The notes beneath the pieces are model-generated. The model was not told the DNA's origin, ran no database searches, and saw nothing but the letters and a program-made list of their open reading frames with translations. A DNA stretch of 64,000 nucleotides, from contig OZ245842.1 of the NCBI GenBank assembly GCA_965228895.1, positions 2,400,001-2,464,000 on the forward strand, read 5' to 3'. The translations under genes and the position numbers were made by a program. Position 1 is the stretch's first letter; the number at the start of each line of letters is the position of its first letter. The stretch comes from Alphaproteobacteria bacterium. GTDB lineage: Bacteria; Pseudomonadota; Alphaproteobacteria; SP197. Positions 59,295 through 64,000 of the stretch are shown here, one piece after another.

Positions 59295-60221
59295 TCATGA
59301 TGTCCAATCGGCAAGCGACGCCTGGGCAGCCTCAAGGATCCAGGCGCGGAACGCCGCAATGGCCGGCTCGTCGGCGCGGTCGGGGCGGTAGACCAGGTAC
59401 ATTTGGGTGTCCGCCGGCAGCGAAAGCTCGAAGGGGCGCACAAGCGCGCCGGAGCGCAGGTCATCGCCGACCAAAGATAAGGTCGCCAAGACCACGCCCT
59501 GGCCCTCGAGCGTCGCGCGAATGGCATGGCTATGCGCCGTAAAACGCACACCGCGAGCCGCGTCGATATCATCGACGCCGGCCGCAGCCAGCCACGTTGG
59601 CCAGTTCGGCCAATGGCTGTGCTCAATAGGCCAGTCCAGGTGCAACAGCGTATGATGGGCAAGGTCAGCCGGGTCGCGCAAGCCGTGCTCGCCCTGCAGC
59701 AGGTTTGGATGACAAACCGGGAAGACCGGCTCCTCGCCGAACAGCTTGTCGGCAATCAGGCCTGGATAGTTGCCGCCGCCCCAGCGAATGCCGACATCGA
59801 CGCCACCGCGTTCAAAGTCCGCCAGGCTGTCGGAGGCATCGATCAGCACGTCGAGGTCGGGGCATTGGGCACGGAAGTCGGCCAGACGCGGCACCAGCCA
59901 ACTGCCCGCGAAGGTGGTCTCCGATGTCACCCGCAACAGCGGGCTGGCGCGGCTTTCGCGAATTCGCCGGACCCCGTCGGTCACCAGATCAAAGCCACGC
60001 CGCAACTCGTCAAGCCCGGCGCGCGCCTCGGCAGTCAGCGATAGCCGCCGGTTTTCGCGATCAAACAGGCGTAGCCCAAGATCGTCCTCGAGTACCTTGA
60101 TCTGATGGCTTACCGCGGCCGGTGTCACATGCAGCTCTTCGGCGGCGCGGGTCAGGCTCAGATGGCGCGCCGCCGCCTCGAAGGCGCGGAGGGCGCCGAG
60201 CGATGGAAGGCGATCGGCCAT
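59295..60221 (-). CDS. LysR family regulator, GcvA subfamily
   Basis: LPSLGALRAFEAAARHLS, HVTPAAVSHQIK, WLVPRL, GIRWG.G.YPGL. Confidence 0.93.
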   Translation of the reverse strand: MADRLPSLGALRAFEAAARHLSLTRAAEELHVTPAAVSHQIKVLEDDLGLRLFDRENRRLSLTAEARAGLDELRRGFDLVTDGVRRIRESRASPLLRVTSETTFAGSWLVPRLADFRAQCPDLDVLIDASDSLADFERGGVDVGIRWGGGNYPGLIADKLFGEEPVFPVCHPNLLQGEHGLRDPADLAHHTLLHLDWPIEHSHWPNWPTWLAAAGVDDIDAARGVRFTAHSHAIRATLEGQGVVLATLSLVGDDLRSGALVRPFELSLPADTQMYLVYRPDRADEPAIAAFRAWILEAAQASLADWTS

Positions 60222-60223
60222 TT

Positions 60224-60237
60224 TTAGTTTTCCTTAA
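60224..60237. promoter_or_regulatory. Candidate LysR T-N11-A site
   Basis: AT-rich TTAGTTTTCCTTAA directly upstream of the LysR start, in the divergent promoter. Confidence 0.45.
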
Positions 60238-60355
60238 AACACATCCCTAGATATCTCGTTTGCAGCGCAGCGATTTCAAGACCAGGTTGATAACCAGTCA
60301 AACACGCACCGGCCCTGCGGCGAGCCCGCGTCCGGTTCCGGCAAGAAGGAAGCAA

Positions 60356-60526
60356 ATGATGTTCAAGAACCTGCGCTCTCTCTACCGCCGCGATTCCAGC
60401 GTCCGTGAACTGCGCCAGCTCGACCGCACGATGCAAAGCGATATCGGGCTCCGTCCGGCCAGCGATTCCGCGGTCGCGGAAGCCGATGCCATCTTGCTGC
60501 TGCACCGCGGTCCGTTCCTGCGCTAG
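60356..60526 (+). CDS. Small DUF1127-like protein
   Basis: AAGGAAG RBS; RELRQLDRTMQSDIGL resembles the DUF1127 core (REL..L.D..L.DIGL); 56 aa. Confidence 0.7.
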   Translation: MMFKNLRSLYRRDSSVRELRQLDRTMQSDIGLRPASDSAVAEADAILLLHRGPFLR

Positions 60527-60553
60527 ACACCGCATACACCCGAGTTACCCGCT

Positions 60554-61621
60554 GTGATACGTGAGTCTGCTGCCCGGATGCCCTTCGCCGGCAGGCTTGC
60601 GGGTGTTCGGTTCGACCGGGTCTGGCTGGCGACGTTGGTGGTGCTAACCGGCGTCTTCAGCGTCTCACCCCCGCAAGGCCTGGCATCCCTCGAGTTTCTA
60701 CTTGAGAGCTGGCTGCTGGTCGCGCCGTTTGTCATTGTCTCGTCCTTGCTGTCGGCCAGCGTCGCGGCGACCGGCCTTGACCGGCGCCTGAGTGCCGTCC
60801 TCAAACGCAATGTGATCAAGGCGACCCTGCTGGCGGCGGTTTTCGGTGCGCTGTCGCCGTTCTGCTCGGTCAGCGTGATCCCGATCGCCGCCGCGTTGCT
60901 CGCGGCCGGCGTGCCGCTAGCGCCGGTCATGGCGTTCTGGGTCGGCTCGCCCCTGATTGACCCGGAAATGTTCGTCCTGACAGTCGGCGTCATCGATCTG
61001 CCGTTTGCCAGCGCCCGCACGGTGACCGCCGTTCTGTCCGGTCTCTTCGCGGGGTTCGCGACACTTGCCGTGGCGAAACTCTCGTTCATTTCGAAACCGC
61101 TGCGCGATAACGTGCCGTTCGACAAGCTGGGCAGCGTCTATGGCTCGTGCGGCAGCGCCGGCGACGCCGACAAGCCGGTCAATTGGACGTTCTGGCGCGA
61201 TCGACCACGCCTGGTGCAGATGCGCAACCAGGCGTGGTCGATCGCCCGTTTCATGATCAAATGGCTCACCCTTGCCTTCGTCATCGAAAGCGTCTTGATC
61301 GCCTGGGTGCCCGCCGCCGATGTCGCGGCGACCCTGGGCGGCGACGAATGGTGGGTCATTCCGATGAGTGCCGCGGTCGGCATGCCGACCTATCTGAACG
61401 GCTATGCCGCGATCCCGACCATCAATGGCCTGCTCAATCTGGGCATGGAACCCGGCGCCGCACTGGCCTTCATGATCGCGGGCGAGGTGACGAGCCTGCC
61501 GACGGCAATGTCCGTCTTTGTCATCGTCAAGCGTCGCACCTTCTTCTGGTATCTCGCCTTGGGCGCCATGGCGGCCGTGGCCATGGGGTATCTCTACCGC
61601 TTCTCGCTCGTCGTCATGTAA
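60554..61621 (+). CDS. ArsP_1/DUF318 family permease
   Basis: GALSPFCSVSVIP, AGVPLAPVMAFW.GSPL, G.P.YLNG.AA.P, GAALAFMIAG. Confidence 0.88.
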   Translation: MIRESAARMPFAGRLAGVRFDRVWLATLVVLTGVFSVSPPQGLASLEFLLESWLLVAPFVIVSSLLSASVAATGLDRRLSAVLKRNVIKATLLAAVFGALSPFCSVSVIPIAAALLAAGVPLAPVMAFWVGSPLIDPEMFVLTVGVIDLPFASARTVTAVLSGLFAGFATLAVAKLSFISKPLRDNVPFDKLGSVYGSCGSAGDADKPVNWTFWRDRPRLVQMRNQAWSIARFMIKWLTLAFVIESVLIAWVPAADVAATLGGDEWWVIPMSAAVGMPTYLNGYAAIPTINGLLNLGMEPGAALAFMIAGEVTSLPTAMSVFVIVKRRTFFWYLALGAMAAVAMGYLYRFSLVVM

Positions 61622-63197
61622 GCGGCTGGAGCTTCAGCAGACCGTCCCGCTCCAGCTGCTCGACCAGCGTCACTTCCCAGGCGATGTAGTCGCGGTCCGC
61701 TTGCGCGGGATCGTCAATCAGATCGACGGGCAGATGGTAGCTATCGTCCATCGCCGTCAACATGCCCTGAGGTCCCGCCTCGACCGCTCCGCCGCTTGAC
61801 CGCCATGCATCGAGCCCGCCGGTCAACACGGCAGCGTCTTTGCGCCCCATCCGCTGGAGGTCGGCGACCGCATAGGCCGCCAATGCCCCCGCACAATCGT
61901 CCATGACAACAAGGGGCCGGTTCTCAGGCAACTCAGGCAAGGCCTCATCCAAACGCGATCGCAAGGTCCAGGTCGCACCCGAAGCATGGCCCCGGTAAAA
62001 CGTCAGGCTATGGGAAAGGTCGAGGATCGTAACGTCGTCTTGCCGACCGACAACGTCCGACGCCGTAACGCCAGGCATCGAAGGCGGCACCGACGGCAGT
62101 GGTGCCGGGCCGGTCTCCAGGTCGACATCCTGCAGCGCGTTTTCCAGGACGACCACATGTGGATGGGCGAGCTGTTTGAGCCAGCTTGCCGTCATGCGGG
62201 CGCGCACGCCGGTATCGTCGATCAAGACAATGCGGCCATCACGTATGGCGATCCACTCGTCGGCGCCCTGAACCAGTTGACCACCGGGTGCAGAGATCGA
62301 GCCCGGTAGATGGCCGGCTTCAAACTCAGCCGGCGACCGCACGTCGAGCATGTAGAGCGTCCTTCGGTCGCTCTCTTGGCGCCATCCATGCAGCACATCG
62401 CGGTCGATCGTTTCGACACCGCACCGCTCGGCAAGTTTGCCTGCCGCCATGCGCGACCAGGCAAGCGCCTCGTCGGAAACGTCGCCGTGGTGCCGGTCGG
62501 CGCCGTGCTCCAGCGTCAGCCCCGCCTGCTCCCAGCCGATGGTCCCGTTCAACAACGAGAACACGGGATTGGGAACGCCGGCATTCACCAGGGACTGACA
62601 GCCAATGATCGACCGCGTGCGTCCGGCGCAATTGACAATGACCGTCGTTGCGGGGTCAGGCGCCAGGTCACGTACCCGGTAGGCAAGCTCGGCACCCGGA
62701 CAGTCGATCCCGCCGGGAATGTTGAAATCGGTGTACTCATCCCATGGACGGCTATCGAGGATAATCAGATCGTCCCCGGCATCGACCCGCGCTTTGACGT
62801 CCGCCGCTTCGAGGTACGGCGTGGCACAGGTCTGATCGATGACCTCGCCCAGTGTTTTGCCGGGGACATTCAAGCCTGTCCACACGTGGTAGCCGGCCTC
62901 AGCCCACGCGGGCACACCGCCTTCAAGGGTAACGATGTTCCTGTAGCCAAGCCCCTCTGACACCGTGGCCGCTCGTTCGGCCAGTCCGTCCCCGCCATCG
63001 CACAGCACGAGACGAGTCGATCGGCATGGCGCACGTCGTGGCAGGTCGAACTCCAGCCAAGACAGCGCAACCTGGCTGGCGGTCAGGATGTGGCCGTCGC
63101 CGAACGGACGCTCTTCGCGCACGTCGACGAGGGCGATCTCGCCACCCGCCTCAAGGGCCGCGCGCAGCGCCGCAGCGTCGATTGAGGGAGCCGCCAC
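61614..63197 (-). CDS. Four-domain rhodanese-related sulfurtransferase
   Basis: Repeated DVR/DSR...GHI/GHLPG and LEGG/GG..AW motifs; intact active loop NCAGRTRS in domain 2. Confidence 0.9.
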   Translation of the reverse strand: MAAPSIDAAALRAALEAGGEIALVDVREERPFGDGHILTASQVALSWLEFDLPRRAPCRSTRLVLCDGGDGLAERAATVSEGLGYRNIVTLEGGVPAWAEAGYHVWTGLNVPGKTLGEVIDQTCATPYLEAADVKARVDAGDDLIILDSRPWDEYTDFNIPGGIDCPGAELAYRVRDLAPDPATTVIVNCAGRTRSIIGCQSLVNAGVPNPVFSLLNGTIGWEQAGLTLEHGADRHHGDVSDEALAWSRMAAGKLAERCGVETIDRDVLHGWRQESDRRTLYMLDVRSPAEFEAGHLPGSISAPGGQLVQGADEWIAIRDGRIVLIDDTGVRARMTASWLKQLAHPHVVVLENALQDVDLETGPAPLPSVPPSMPGVTASDVVGRQDDVTILDLSHSLTFYRGHASGATWTLRSRLDEALPELPENRPLVVMDDCAGALAAYAVADLQRMGRKDAAVLTGGLDAWRSSGGAVEAGPQGMLTAMDDSYHLPVDLIDDPAQADRDYIAWEVTLVEQLERDGLLKLQPLT

Positions 63198-63763
63198 TAA
63201 TCGAGCGCCACGTCGAAGTGGCGATAGGCGCCCGTCCCTTCGTCAAACAACGTGCGATCTTTGAGTTGGGCAAAGCACACACCATAGAGATGCAGGTGCA
63301 TGCTGCGCTTGCCGTCCTCGATATGAATCGAGTGAAAGTCCTCGGGCATCATGGCGACACCTGTGCCCGGCCGCACGCTTACCTGTTCTCGCAACGCCGG
63401 TGGTGACTGACGCTCGGCATCAACGTCATAGAGCTTGTTAAGCTCTTCACCTTCGATGCCGACGACAACGGCCCAGGTCGTGTGGTCGTGAGCCGGCGTA
63501 TGAACCGCCTTGTCGGCAATCTCGATATAGAGCTCGAAGCGTCCGTCATCGTCGACCGACAGCACGTCAAAGAACTCGCCGTTATGTTCTGGCGCCAGCG
63601 GAAAATCCTCGTCCGGGAACAGGTCACGCTGCTGCCCCAGCTTGATCAGGCGTTGTTTGATCTGCTCGAGCGAATCGCGGCTCACGCCGTTCGCGGCCTC
63701 GATGGCGCGAATATCGTCGAGCGCTTCGCCAATGGCTTTGTTTCGTGCTTCCTGGATCGACAT
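63197..63763 (-). CDS. Cysteine/thiol dioxygenase family cupin
   Basis: TPAHDHTTWAVV, FHSI, HLHLYG; GAGGA RBS. Confidence 0.85.
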   Translation of the reverse strand: MSIQEARNKAIGEALDDIRAIEAANGVSRDSLEQIKQRLIKLGQQRDLFPDEDFPLAPEHNGEFFDVLSVDDDGRFELYIEIADKAVHTPAHDHTTWAVVVGIEGEELNKLYDVDAERQSPPALREQVSVRPGTGVAMMPEDFHSIHIEDGKRSMHLHLYGVCFAQLKDRTLFDEGTGAYRHFDVALD

Positions 63764-63778
63764 GTCTCGAGTTTCCTC

Positions 63779-64000
63779 CTACCAGTGGCCGCGTCCGTCG
63801 ATCGGCCAGATATCCACCAGCGTGTCATCCTGAACGACGTGATAGGCGTCGTAGAGGCTGATGGTCGGGTCGCAATGGGGCGCGATGCACTCGACGCCTG
63901 AGCCCAGACCCAGCGTATCGGCTTCATCGGCAAACGTGATCCGTCCGTGCTCGTCGCCCATGAAGCTGTAGGTTGCACCGTCGGGCGCGCCGGACGCAAT
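63779..64000 (-). CDS. DSD1/D-threonine aldolase family PLP enzyme, C-terminal part (runs off the window end)
   Basis: GDEHG, PHCDPTISLYD, WPIDGRG. Confidence 0.88.
   Translation of the reverse strand: MASGAPDGATYSFMGDEHGRITFADEADTLGLGSGVECIAPHCDPTISLYDAYHVVQDDTLVDIWPIDGRGHW

Overview
GC-rich alphaproteobacterial (Rhodospirillales-like) chromosome segment. It has two conserved core blocks: scpB-scpA-site-2 protease-nagZ-SPOR-argS-dgt / erpA-xth, and valS-popZ-tolC-pcm-tRNA-Cys. tRNA-Asn is also present. Between the core blocks sit accessory metabolic genes. One group points to quaternary-amine/C1 metabolism: three tandem GFA genes, a non-pyrrolysine MttB, a homocysteine S-methyltransferase, a CntA-like Rieske oxygenase with thioesterase and LysR, and a carnitine-dehydrogenase-like gene. 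A second group points to sulfur metabolism: TauD-family dioxygenase, ECF/anti-sigma beside a SorA/SorT-type sulfite dehydrogenase and cytochrome c, thiol dioxygenase and four-domain rhodanese. Other accessory genes are an orphan carbamoyltransferase, a peptide ABC importer without ATPase, and an Asn-synthetase-like/flippase pair beside tRNA-Asn. I found no integrase, transposase, CRISPR array, rRNA or defence system. Non-coding signals are a candidate sRNA/small-ORF unit after tRNA-Cys, a RIME/Bru-RS-like double hairpin, an ECF-type promoter, LTTR boxes and a possible Fur box. All product calls come from motif recognition by eye; no database search was run. Nothing here is a demonstrably new system; the best leads are ranked in findings.
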